Source: Methanobacteriota archaeon (GTDB taxonomy: Archaea; Thermoplasmatota; Poseidoniia; Poseidoniales; Thalassarchaeaceae). Taken from it: a stretch of DNA of 64,000 nt. Positions 30,501 through 37,968 of the stretch are shown in pieces. Below the pieces are notes generated by a model that was not told the origin of the DNA, made no database searches, and saw only the letters and a list, made by a program, of their open reading frames with translations. The position numbers were made by a program, and so were the translations under genes. Numbering within the stretch: the stretch's first letter is position 1; every line of letters begins with the position of its first letter. The stretch covers positions 8,564-72,563 of the forward strand of contig WTHI01000135.1 of NCBI GenBank assembly GCA_011523185.1, in the 5' to 3' direction.

Positions 30501-33466
30501 AGTCCAATACTTCTCAACATGGCGGCAAAGACTGTTGCAAACTCATCACAATCTCCCTGGTGGGCTTCCTCAAGAATCCAAACTGCAAGATCATCCGAGG
30601 CTTCTGATACCCCCGAGGTAAGAGTTCGGTTCAAATTTGAACCAGCATGATTTCTGAGGAATACGGTAGTATTGTTTCCATTGATGAGGAATTGTTGGAT
30701 AGCTTCAATCTGATCCCATGCGGATACCCAACCGCTCTCGTTTAGAACCTGTTGTGTAATAATCGATACATTATCGAATCCATCATACTCAGTCGCATAA
30801 GTACTGTTTTGGAAAGCTGTAGTGTTGTCCCGAATAGCATCAGTAAAGATGACTTGAGGGGTGGTGACGAACAATTCATCAATAGTGGAGGAATCAATCA
30901 AAACATCCCGTGTATAGTTAGAGAAGTTGAGGCCGGACGATGTATCACTCCAACTTGTGTAGTTGACTGCATTGTAAGGGGCAATCAATTCCTCTCCGGG
31001 GCTCAATATTCCGTCATTTCTAAACGAAATTTGCCAGGAGTGTAGGGCAGAATTATCCCAAAAGTCTGGGTGTGCAACCCCCTGAGTTGTCGACCATGTT
31101 GGGAACATTTGGGTATATCCAACGAGTGTCTTGTTGACACCCCAAGAAACACCCGTGTAATAGTCGTAGGTATGCCATCGCCAATAATGGGTTTGATTGA
31201 AGTCGACTCCAATTGTGGTATTCTCTGCGAAGAAGTAAAGCATGTTCGTAGAAACGTCATCTGTTGGGTCCCAAGGATTGAAAGGAGAGTCTAAGCACCC
31301 GTTTTCCCAGTATTCAGGAGGACATTCGTCTCCATCTGGGATACCGCCTCCATCCGTATCTGGGTCCAGCCAGTCTGTTCCCATTTCTCGTTCGATGGTG
31401 TCTGGAATTCCGTCTCCATCTGTATCTTGTGGATTCAAATCGTCATCGGGATTATTTTGGGGGTTAGTGCCATCAAGATATTCTTGATAGTCTATTACTC
31501 CACCGTTATCTGTGTCAGAGTTATTCCATAGAGTTGTGTAGTTGTCTAAGGACATATTACCATTTTCAATACCAAATATAAGGGGGCAACCTGTGGTATT
31601 TTCAAAATAATTATTCAATCCGTCGCCATCAAAATCATTTAGATTATCACAAGGCTCTAGCGGATCAGTAGCATTGATGATTTCATCGAAATCATTGACT
31701 CCGTCACCATCTGAATCAGTTAGCGTGGGTATTGATTCAAATCCCCAAGAACCCAATGACTCTTCCCAATCTGCTAAACCATCTCCGTCTGTATCTAGAT
31801 AATCGTCATCACAATGCTGTTCATTGGCTGAGCCTAGGGATGCATCCCAACACCAAGAGCCATTGAGCACGACAACATATAGAGCGTCTGAAGGCATAGT
31901 GATTGAAACTGAGCGTAAGATATTGCCATCGATTGAAGAATATTGGAATGGCGTTCTGTTTCCTGTGGCTGATTCGAAATAGGCCATAGGAGCCCCATTT
32001 TGACGCCAATCAATCGGTGTTGGATCTAACTTGCTGGTATTATTAACGGTCACGGAAGAACCAACCGGAACCCATGCAATTACATCAAGATACATTTCGT
32101 AGGTTGATGTACAGGGATTGGTACCATGGGCGGGGGAAAGTTCCGTACCATCATCAATGCCACCACCATCTGTGTCAGCAACATTCCATAGTGTGCAGGT
32201 GGCATTTTCTTCCCAATTTTGTATTCCATCGCCATCAAAATCTCCAGAATCCTCTATCCTAGTGGGGTCGGTTTCGTTAGCGTCAACTACCCCATTGAAA
32301 TTCGTATCTTCTTCACCATCATCAAATTGGTCGCCATCGGTATTATTGTTCCTAGGATCAGAAGCTTGTGGAGGATTTCCGTATGAGCCATTGACCTCAA
32401 CGCCATCTGAAATCCCGTCCCCATCAGTGTCAACTGCTGTGGGGTCTGTAAGAAGGACTAATGCTTCGTATGAATCGTTTAGTCCATCTCCATCGGTATC
32501 ATTATTGTTAGGATCAGTGTAAGTAATTCCATCGACTTCAGCTGTAAATAAAGAGCAAGGAGGAGAACCGGGTCCAAGACCTAATACAGGATTACAAGGA
32601 GATTCAGTATTGGTCCGATTATCAGGACCTGGCCTCCAATATTGAGTTGGGGGATTTGTTGTGCCATTCCTTGTATCCCAAGCGGGATTGACGTATTCGT
32701 AGAGATTGATTAAGCCATCACCATCGGGGTCCCCATTAGTACCATCGTCACCGGAATTTGAGGTTGGATCAAGGTTGTTGGCAACCTCCCAACCATCAGG
32801 CATTCCATCGCCATCTGTATCCCAGCCATCAGGGTCTTCATCGGTTGAATTATCACCATCATCATCGTTGCTTGAACAATCGGCATCACCGTCATTGTCG
32901 CCATCCCAACTGTCGACCATTCCATCATGGTCGTCGTCGAATGTGTTGAAACAAATATTCCCCATTGGGTCTTCATCTGCACCATCAGAGTTCAATCCTT
33001 GAATCAACTGCATAGCACTCTCCTCATCCCAATTGCTTACTGGAACTGTGCCATTCCACCAAACTCCATTATCGAGTTTATTGGGTGTAGTTGCCGAATC
33101 CCAATTAGCAGGTATTCCATATTGGTATTCATTGAGATTAGTTAGTGAGTCTCCATCAGGATCTCCGGTTGAGCCATTGATTCCGGAAGCTGAAAGTGGG
33201 TCGAGTCCATACTGCCATTCCCAGCCATCTGGTAAACCATCCCCATCGGAATCCCAATCTTGTGGTTGGGTGTTGATGTAGTACTCCAATCCATATGGGA
33301 GGCCGTCTCCATCAGCGTCTGTTGACCCCATGGCCTCCCAGGTTGCGAATTCAATTGCTGAGTAAGAAGTTAGCAACATGAGAAGTGTGAATAGAACCGC
33401 CGAACGTTCCTTTCTACGAGCGATTACAAGATTATTCTGACTCGAGTTGCCGAACATCATGTACAC
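24521..33466 (-). CDS. Giant (2981 aa) TgpA-like surface protein: signal peptide, two blocks of TSP3-type Asp-rich Ca-binding repeats, transglutaminase-like cysteine-protease core, long Ig-like/CARDB-like arrays, C-terminal TM anchor and cytoplasmic DUF4129-like tail
   Basis: Signal peptide AVLFTLLMLLTSYSA. Many DxDxDG(L/M)PDGWE repeats. Transglut_core-like motif AHQGDCDEFATVFAAMLRSIGLATRKVTGFSGGTW; the Cys codon complement is at about 30548-30550. TM FWQIIAIIGIILILGTLVGLGL followed by RKRR. The tail IREAIFGCYESLCNILMRNGFLRRDFETVREFEMAI...IFEEARYSSHKL resembles the DUF4129 consensus. Confidence 0.8.
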   Translation of the reverse strand: MYMMFGNSSQNNLVIARRKERSAVLFTLLMLLTSYSAIEFATWEAMGSTDADGDGLPYGLEYYINTQPQDWDSDGDGLPDGWEWQYGLDPLSASGINGSTGDPDGDSLTNLNEYQYGIPANWDSATTPNKLDNGVWWNGTVPVSNWDEESAMQLIQGLNSDGADEDPMGNICFNTFDDDHDGMVDSWDGDNDGDADCSSNDDDGDNSTDEDPDGWDTDGDGMPDGWEVANNLDPTSNSGDDGTNGDPDGDGLINLYEYVNPAWDTRNGTTNPPTQYWRPGPDNRTNTESPCNPVLGLGPGSPPCSLFTAEVDGITYTDPNNNDTDGDGLNDSYEALVLLTDPTAVDTDGDGISDGVEVNGSYGNPPQASDPRNNNTDGDQFDDGEEDTNFNGVVDANETDPTRIEDSGDFDGDGIQNWEENATCTLWNVADTDGGGIDDGTELSPAHGTNPCTSTYEMYLDVIAWVPVGSSVTVNNTSKLDPTPIDWRQNGAPMAYFESATGNRTPFQYSSIDGNILRSVSITMPSDALYVVVLNGSWCWDASLGSANEQHCDDDYLDTDGDGLADWEESLGSWGFESIPTLTDSDGDGVNDFDEIINATDPLEPCDNLNDFDGDGLNNYFENTTGCPLIFGIENGNMSLDNYTTLWNNSDTDNGGVIDYQEYLDGTNPQNNPDDDLNPQDTDGDGIPDTIEREMGTDWLDPDTDGGGIPDGDECPPEYWENGCLDSPFNPWDPTDDVSTNMLYFFAENTTIGVDFNQTHYWRWHTYDYYTGVSWGVNKTLVGYTQMFPTWSTTQGVAHPDFWDNSALHSWQISFRNDGILSPGEELIAPYNAVNYTSWSDTSSGLNFSNYTRDVLIDSSTIDELFVTTPQVIFTDAIRDNTTAFQNSTYATEYDGFDNVSIITQQVLNESGWVSAWDQIEAIQQFLINGNNTTVFLRNHAGSNLNRTLTSGVSEASDDLAVWILEEAHQGDCDEFATVFAAMLRSIGLATRKVTGFSGGTWVDNGFEVYGNDFSWWVEVHLQTNANQGELDLGWIPFEACPDASVVEVVDETYSPDTLERDYSSGNITLNGTLQFISNSSSVEGITLELYLTPDNETANVPGSAALATRLIGTAVTDSEGFFSFNGSPSEMIIPGYGSLVVLTQSKGYVGVQAVTFPWVINITDDVNLAITNPIPIDQPMLGVGVNTSVTGNMALANLPQTDPAFLDSLQVLLNYTTVEDGDVNLISDLGAGGYFEFRVPISDDEPLGLINASLAFLGWHQSDLNNASIPEYHLRPKTLDFNFNITPSPDLSISLEGSDSNSSILDINQLIFINGTAVSRGPSPDPLNGTLIFQMRRAGTNGPYTDLATWALNSSNWTTSPGQFAIQWDFNESSVPIPAGLVDVKFIYTADDLFASDEESFASSFGIRSYVEFEYTLNPTERGLEASVAVQLSDHTGTSVADFPGTYAVDFNGTEVFNITDPDSGNFNVVWIPNADMFAGDYEWGLNYTGSTWLRSTSVSDTIRIQGRANVTVTLGSEWTDRGAVTWVSGFAQDTFHLTPITGNNSSIVVQMEIPSELPPGPDGSPAPPVIVPLTNGWINETTGFYNYSFTMPGDVRSGAYFLRFVLDFSTTAEVRGPFYTTITQTRVLAGLQSEFVVDAEPQSIIVIAGTTLIVNATITDIADETVLSDVDVDLYFDWGGPNQVIIDSTTTDVDGVARFNPTILEDTTPGFYDLRVHAADDLTDNLTDADPGRWIGNDTFANLTVQVDSQVEITSIPQEVTAGQSFTLSGQVLDGFDGNRSVSGPMAVEVFFLNDSSETLVSSHTTTNNGSFSVSVPTDPFGDGVSSGTKTVVVSVIEGSSPFYLTGTGNASILVKGVTRFTDRTPIIQTVVDRGTSITFGARLTEFSDNDLPVGDMQVAAKFHDTWLTEGVTNGQGLVNFTFDVPHSHPLGLIGITLYFNGSSTLHSTTTVMNQIFVRSPTNLTISTVTDNPVAGESFNVSGTLLSSNGTGIMDRTGAALPSSLTFSIDGTDSGFQATGGVVNPNGTWSAVITLGLSFPRGTHNITASYTPTVNYYGSSSDTGTFDSRGYSLISILDPADLDPDRRVVRGDDVSVNLSIIDNAGQLVENAEIDILVDGSFIQSVTTDSTGRATLIIPVDSQRTQGSMLISAEFSGINGTTGLIGDSTWSRVIVLAPTVIEFTELTGSMIAGENITFTGTLLDEHGQLLTDNGLISGGVIHIWIDGIDVGSAYTTVSNASTGQWRVTYDLPLDMDYGAHTVTAKFLGGFTWVDPMGQGDSLNPEYYLPSATTVGFNVTQTSQVVLTTPPGEVDRNQLLLIEGMLTDGAGRTLGDRYLEVTMNDQFLTGLQVEENGTFSVYLPIPPDMPLGPRLVKIIFQGEEFILSSNSTTVFTVYAPTIISIDPPSAYAVGDEMRLTGTVRDNLPDGGLANHSLEIFIDGTLVGITTSRENGDWSFNWVVSDFLDIGFHTITVTAPAQGYYRPGSVDANLTIAYHTAINLQVDDVSVTRGEQWNFTGRLFDSDTAGAPGLSGREIIISLDGVEINRITTGNDGVFEFDYSIGYLIARGGHDIRFTFEGQTFYLPVEYNMTVYAKADIQIEVLWETDLIIRSDESKEIKLVGRIVEVGGESNVIEGMEVVLLWNGLAEPSILVWDESTGHFELISPARSTMPPGELSLTISALPDADRFLNGVDIEHIVNIRVPVTFTFTPDSHHIKENQRRINGTVTVVANDTGLPVEGISIVARLVNKSVIHFQNVKLTDSNGIMDYDFTIQNQPAFYDKNKWGELSLIFQTDSQLISPNDRLWLNNDYSGIEMTYEDPAPLFTFWQIIAIIGIILILGTLVGLGLSLRKRRLAAIDEMAGIFSYTAELLAAGDEIREAIFGCYESLCNILMRNGFLRRDFETVREFEMAIRKALPISEEALVALDRIFEEARYSSHKLGDGHRQNAQHALTMVLQEIDELQDVPERDSFDLSEAIA
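31366..33346 (-). repeat. Coding tandem repeats of thrombospondin-type-3-like Asp-rich Ca-binding motifs (DxDxDGxxDxxE) in the N-terminal part of the 2981-aa protein
   Basis: More than 20 copies of D(T/S/P)DGDG(L/M/I)(P/N/S)D.(W/Y/F)E. The antisense frames give His-rich and Met-rich pseudo-ORFs (32758-32949 and 32710-32985), as expected for GAT-rich DNA. Confidence 0.6.
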
Positions 33467-33471
33467 CCTCT

Positions 33472-33486
33472 ACCGCCTACGGCGGT
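33472..33486. other. Perfect 6-bp hairpin accgcc-tac-ggcggt in the 76-nt spacer between the two giant minus-strand genes
   Basis: Direct reading. It may be a processing or attenuation structure between the co-directional giant genes. Confidence 0.25.
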
Positions 33487-33541
33487 TCATACGGGTCTTA
33501 AGCGGAATGGAGCGTCGTTCGGACGATGATTAGGGGTCAAC

Positions 33542-36481
33542 TCATACGAGTTCTATATCATCGTCGTCATAAACCATCTCTTCCTCTTCCTCTTCCTCAA
33601 CAATAGGTGTGTGATAATCTTCTTCAGAGTCGATGTCTAAATCCTCATTTTCAGCCTCTTTCATAGCCTCAATTAGAGCCAAATGAGCTGCCCATTTTCT
33701 GCGGTTCATTCGGCTTTGTACGCCCGCAAAAATTAGCAAAATCGCAACTACCATTACAATTAATGTAGATGCACGAGGATTGGTAACCTCATTTATCAGA
33801 CGATCAAAAATACCATCAATTCCGACAACCATGTTGAGATTCTTTTCGGCTGTGAATTCATCAGGCCAGCTCTGCTCAGTGTCGTGAGGTTCTGCTGTTA
33901 TCGTAATCTTCGCTGTATCGCCATTATTTGCGGAGGATGGAACCGAGACTTCTAGCGTGAAGGTCACCTCTTCAAAGGCGTCCAATTCAATTAACCTTGA
34001 ACTTGTAGGACCTCCTATGTCTACATTCCATCCAGACGTACCTTCTACTTCGGCATCAAGTAGAACAATTAGTGGACTGTTACCTTTGTTACGAACCTCA
34101 AATTGGAAGGAATAAAGACCACCGGGTGCAAGTTTTCGGTTTGAGGTAACTTGTACAATTGAAAGGTCGGGTTCATCCGCGTCAACTTCGAACACCATTG
34201 GCAAATCGAAATATCTTGGATTTGAATCTGATGTATCCTCCCTTATTCTTAGGTAAACAGTGTGGTTACCAACGATGACTTGGTCGGTTAGAGTGACTAC
34301 TACAAACACCTCTGTGAAGTCACCTGGACCGAGAGATACCTGAGGCACAGCTGACCCGTTTTGATCCAAAATTCGGTATTCCCATTGCCCGTAAGCCGCC
34401 AATCTATCGGTATTTTCTGGAAGGCTTGCTGGATTGATAATCTGCCATTGAGTAGCGGATTCTCCGCTCGTCATACTATTCGTTATGCGGGCACGTAGAT
34501 TCACTTCCGGGTCGTTAAGTGTGGAACAAAGGGACACCTGGATATGGCCTAGTGGGGTGCCATCACAATCTTGAGATACTTCCGCCCGAATACCGAATGT
34601 TCTCTGAATTGTAAACTCAACCGTAGTCCTGAGGGAGGCATTTCCACTGCTTATTACCTCAATCTCAATCATCCCGATATCTGGGTCCTCTCGGTCTGTT
34701 GAAGGTTTTACATTGAAACGAAGAATCTGAGTTGAATGTCTCTCTAGCGGTGGTATATGGAAAGTTCCATCGCCATCATCTTCTAGGATTCTTTCCCCTG
34801 TATCGTTGTCGTAAATCTGGATTATTGACTTAGAACGCTTTAGAATATCTACTCTGAAATTATCTGTGTCGAATCCTGTGTTGAAAATCTCTAGTAAGAA
34901 GGTATTGAATTGGTTGTCCTCAACATATCTTGGTATTGTTGGGTCGATATCACCCGGGCGGCTAGAGTTAGCAATTGGTATGTCGTGATCTTCATTCCAT
35001 ATCGAAACATCTGGAGGCTGATAGACTTCCAGCTTTTCTAAATCGAGGGTAAGGAGGTCTTGATGGACGACGGTTTGAACACCTTCTATCGTGGCTTCAG
35101 CAACTGCTCTAATCTCAATTTTATCAGGCGTTCCTGTCAAATCATCAGGGGCCGTTATAGTAAGTATTGGATTCAGAATATCACCTCCTGAATTCAAGGT
35201 GTAACCGCCTGGTGAGTCGAACTCAACAAGCCATGAACTACCAAGGTTAGTGAGCAACTCAAGTTCTACAGTCATTGATTTGGTAGAATCTCCTCTGTGG
35301 ACTAATTGAAGTGGTACCGGAGTTGTTTCATCGGGGGCAACATATTCCACAGTTCTGTCTTCCCGGTGGTTAATCGCTACACCCCATTGTTTCATTTCAA
35401 CAGGTTCATGCTCAACGAGGAATGCGTTACCTTGAACGTCTGTAATTTCCAATTCAACAGTGTACTCTCCAGAAGGAAGACCGCTTGGATAAGTCCATGT
35501 GTAGGTGCCGAAAATACCCTGACTAGTATCTCTGATTCCATCATCATCCGATGAAATCTCATGGTCTATGCGGTAATTTCCATTTGGATCTCGCATCAAT
35601 AATTTCACAGAATCCATATCTTCTCTACCAAAGGCGCTCTTCACATCAAAGGAGAATTGCATTGTTCGATCGGCCAATACATCATTCGGATACCATTCTA
35701 ATTCTACTCCGTCAGCAAGTTCGGCTCCATCTCTTTGGAGTATAACTTCACTGTCGGCAATGGCGTTAGTTTCTACTTCCATTTGGGAATATCGATTGCT
35801 TTCTCCATCAATCTCGTTCCATGCCACCTCTGCTTCACAACTACTTCCAAATGGACCGCCTGAACTTTCACATCCAGACATTTCAGCAGAGACCTCAACT
35901 GTTAATTCATTACCATCTTGGATAACAAAACCATCTCCGCCGTCCAATATCACTTCGAATAGTTCATGATCGAAGTTGCAAGAGTTAGTTATCCCTGGAT
36001 TACATGCGTCTGTTTCCCAAGACTCGGAGCCAACGGTATTGCCATTTGCACTAATCACAATATCCCAGGTGACCTGAGAGTTGCTAGGTCCCTGAGCGCG
36101 GAGGAAAAATTGCACTGGAATGTAAAATTGACCGCTTGACGATCCATGTTTTGGTCGGCCGGTGATTTCGAGGGAACTCAACAGATCTCCAGTTGTGAAC
36201 TCTATTGTAGAATCTAATGCACTAGAGGTCGATTGACCACCTGACTCAGGCACCATTGTTGAAATGTGGCCATCACCTCCGGAAGACGAGTTGGCTTCTG
36301 CAAAATAGAGTGTGTAGATTTTGGATTCAATATCCTCTGAATTCTCTGCCTTAGTGTCCGTTTGAAGATAGGTTGGTTGTGTAAAAAAAGTGGCCATTTG
36401 AGGAGTTATCATCAATATCGCGAGGAATATCGCAATTTGGGTGAACTTGCCATCTCGAAACGGCGTACTGCTCCCACTCAT
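33542..36481 (-). CDS. Large (979 aa) secreted surface protein with CARDB/NEW3-like domains, C-terminal TM anchor and poly-acidic cytoplasmic tail; first gene of the giant-protein pair
   Basis: N-terminal hydrophobic signal (IAIFLAILMITPQMATFF). DLSIVQVTSNRKLAPGGLYSFQFEVRNKGNSPL is a CARDB-type motif. C-terminal TM LIVMVVAILLIFAGV, then RMNRRKW and EEEEEEEMVYDDDD. Confidence 0.7.
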   Translation of the reverse strand: MSGSSTPFRDGKFTQIAIFLAILMITPQMATFFTQPTYLQTDTKAENSEDIESKIYTLYFAEANSSSGGDGHISTMVPESGGQSTSSALDSTIEFTTGDLLSSLEITGRPKHGSSSGQFYIPVQFFLRAQGPSNSQVTWDIVISANGNTVGSESWETDACNPGITNSCNFDHELFEVILDGGDGFVIQDGNELTVEVSAEMSGCESSGGPFGSSCEAEVAWNEIDGESNRYSQMEVETNAIADSEVILQRDGAELADGVELEWYPNDVLADRTMQFSFDVKSAFGREDMDSVKLLMRDPNGNYRIDHEISSDDDGIRDTSQGIFGTYTWTYPSGLPSGEYTVELEITDVQGNAFLVEHEPVEMKQWGVAINHREDRTVEYVAPDETTPVPLQLVHRGDSTKSMTVELELLTNLGSSWLVEFDSPGGYTLNSGGDILNPILTITAPDDLTGTPDKIEIRAVAEATIEGVQTVVHQDLLTLDLEKLEVYQPPDVSIWNEDHDIPIANSSRPGDIDPTIPRYVEDNQFNTFLLEIFNTGFDTDNFRVDILKRSKSIIQIYDNDTGERILEDDGDGTFHIPPLERHSTQILRFNVKPSTDREDPDIGMIEIEVISSGNASLRTTVEFTIQRTFGIRAEVSQDCDGTPLGHIQVSLCSTLNDPEVNLRARITNSMTSGESATQWQIINPASLPENTDRLAAYGQWEYRILDQNGSAVPQVSLGPGDFTEVFVVVTLTDQVIVGNHTVYLRIREDTSDSNPRYFDLPMVFEVDADEPDLSIVQVTSNRKLAPGGLYSFQFEVRNKGNSPLIVLLDAEVEGTSGWNVDIGGPTSSRLIELDAFEEVTFTLEVSVPSSANNGDTAKITITAEPHDTEQSWPDEFTAEKNLNMVVGIDGIFDRLINEVTNPRASTLIVMVVAILLIFAGVQSRMNRRKWAAHLALIEAMKEAENEDLDIDSEEDYHTPIVEEEEEEEMVYDDDDIELV

Positions 36482-36551
36482 CGTCCACCGGCACTCGGAG
36501 GGGTGTTAAAGCGTTCGTGAAGTCCGAGTGGTATTTGCATCGTTTTTTACA

Positions 36552-36569
36552 CGCCCCCAAGAGGGGGCG
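36552..36569. other. Perfect 7-bp hairpin cgccccc-aaga-gggggcg between the giant-gene promoter and tRNA-Leu
   Basis: Direct reading. On the plus strand a T6 run lies immediately 5' of it. A TAAAAAA TATA-like element for the minus-strand operon lies on the opposite strand at about 36545-36551. Confidence 0.25.
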
Positions 36570-36612
36570 TAAATCCGCTCGTTTCAAGTCTGATAAGGTC
36601 CTCAGAGACCTC

Positions 36613-36698
36613 GCAGGGGTACCCGAGCTGGTCAAAGGGGCCGGACTTAAGCTCCGGTGCGTAGAGCTTCGTGGGTTCAAATCCCACCCCCTGCACCA
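36613..36698 (+). tRNA. tRNA-Leu (anticodon UAA), class II with long variable arm, genomically encoded CCA
   Basis: Manual cloverleaf: acceptor gcagggg/cccctgc; anticodon stem ccgga/tccgg with loop cTTAAgc (U33, anticodon TAA, G37); T-arm gtggg-ttcaaat-cccac; discriminator A then CCA. Confidence 0.85.
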
Positions 36699-37103
36699 CT
36701 ATTTTATTCGAGTGATAGAACAGCCCAATTGACCATCTCCGTCCAAGACATCCAATTTGGTGATTACAACAGTAGCAGCCTCAACCAAGCGAGGTTTTAG
36801 TATTCTATCCAACAAACGGTTTGCGAGTGTTTCCAATAGTGAAGCGCGCTGCAAATTCAAAGTCTCATCTAATACTGCCACCAAGTATTCGTAATCAAGC
36901 ACTTCAGAAATTTCATCTTCTTCCGGAGCGCTGTCCCCAGATAGCATAACATAAATGTCGAAAGAAAGACGCTGGGGTGAGCCAATTTCGTGGTCATGAA
37001 CGCCTATATCCACCTGTCTAATTACCTTCTCTAGGAATAAACAGGTGGCCGCTTGATTGCGAGAAAAAATTTGCAATAAGGCGTCCGAATGTGAAGTCAT
37101 CAA
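36699..37103 (-). CDS. folB: Dihydroneopterin aldolase-like protein (FolB family)
   Basis: Aligns with E. coli FolB: VDIGVHDHEIGSPQRLSFDIYV (cf. TTIGVYDWEQTIEQKLVFDIEM) and the Lys-containing VVITKLDV (cf. RIKLSKPG). It has a 14-aa N-terminal extension. Confidence 0.65.
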   Translation of the reverse strand: MMTSHSDALLQIFSRNQAATCLFLEKVIRQVDIGVHDHEIGSPQRLSFDIYVMLSGDSAPEEDEISEVLDYEYLVAVLDETLNLQRASLLETLANRLLDRILKPRLVEAATVVITKLDVLDGDGQLGCSITRIK

Positions 37104-37867
37104 ACACCCTCCGTTTCAAATGAGACATCTCGGCTTCTGGAAAGGAATCTTTCTCCAGCATCGACGAAAATTACCTGTCCGGTAATCGAATTTCCTTCAA
37201 TGAGAAAAACTACAGCCTGAGCAATATCATCTGGGGAAGGACCGTACCCAAGTGGGCTTTGAGACTGGGCTAGATTGAATCCCGCTTCTGTTTGGTCGGG
37301 GCTGGCTAAGGTATGACCTGGTGCGACAGCGTTTATTCTCAATTTAGGCGCAAGGCCTCTTGCGAGAGCCTCGGTCATTCCAAGAAGGGCAAATCTTGAG
37401 GCAGTATACGAAATGTGATCAGGATTAGGTGCTGCAATTTTCTGATCCAAAATATTGACCACTGACCCCGACATATTCTCGGGGAGATTTTGTAGTAATT
37501 CCCGGGTTAACATCAGAGGTGCTTTTGCGTTTACGTCCATATGCTGATTCCAAGATTTATCATCAAAACTTTCGATATCATCATGCTCGAATTTTGAGGC
37601 ATTATTCACTAGGTGTAAAATCGGTCCAATTTTTGATGATGCCTTGGAAATAATTTTGGTAAATTCTTCCGGATTCGATAAATCACCTTTTACCGTGCAA
37701 GCATCGACACCAAATCCTCTAATCTTCTCTGCCAATTCCTCGGCGTCTTTTGCAGACGAATTGTGGTGAACTGCCACTGAGTGACCTTTTTGTGCTAGGT
37801 GAAGACAAATTGCAGCGCCAATTCTCTTTGCACCTCCTGTCACGAGTGCAGCACTGCGAGCCATCAT
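37100..37867 (-). CDS. Short-chain dehydrogenase/reductase, pteridine reductase-like (FolM/PTR1-like)
   Basis: TGGAKRIGAAICLHLAQKGHSVAVHHNSS (Rossmann TGG motif plus the HHNSS reminiscent of PTR1/FolM), NNAS, and a Y...K catalytic pair. It overlaps folB by 4 nt. The longest ORF reaches 37993, but an upstream start would overlap the lipA 5' end. Confidence 0.6.
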   Translation of the reverse strand: MMARSAALVTGGAKRIGAAICLHLAQKGHSVAVHHNSSAKDAEELAEKIRGFGVDACTVKGDLSNPEEFTKIISKASSKIGPILHLVNNASKFEHDDIESFDDKSWNQHMDVNAKAPLMLTRELLQNLPENMSGSVVNILDQKIAAPNPDHISYTASRFALLGMTEALARGLAPKLRINAVAPGHTLASPDQTEAGFNLAQSQSPLGYGPSPDDIAQAVVFLIEGNSITGQVIFVDAGERFLSRSRDVSFETEGV

Positions 37868-37968
37868 TAGTTCCGAGTCAAGTCTCGTATATGTCTCCTC
37901 GTTTTGAAAGACCTCATCTGGAGGTTTGAGGCGAATGATTAACGCCGTGTGTCCACTCCTCGTAATCA

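Noticed and set aside
32710-32985. Met-rich (32710-32985, minus) and His-rich (32758-32949, plus) ORFs inside the giant gene
   Set aside because: They are frame and antisense artefacts of the GAT/GAC-rich DxDxDG repeat DNA, with extreme low-complexity composition.
36351-36680. 109-aa minus-strand ORF upstream of the giant-gene operon
   Set aside because: It runs antisense through the tRNA-Leu gene and the promoter region and has an Arg/Ser/Pro-rich composition. It is spurious.
36481-36700. tRNA-Leu as an integration site marking the giant-protein locus as a mobile island
   Set aside because: There is no integrase, recombinase or transposase in the window, and no direct repeat of the tRNA 3' end at the far side of the giant genes. 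An island is possible but unsupported from this window.
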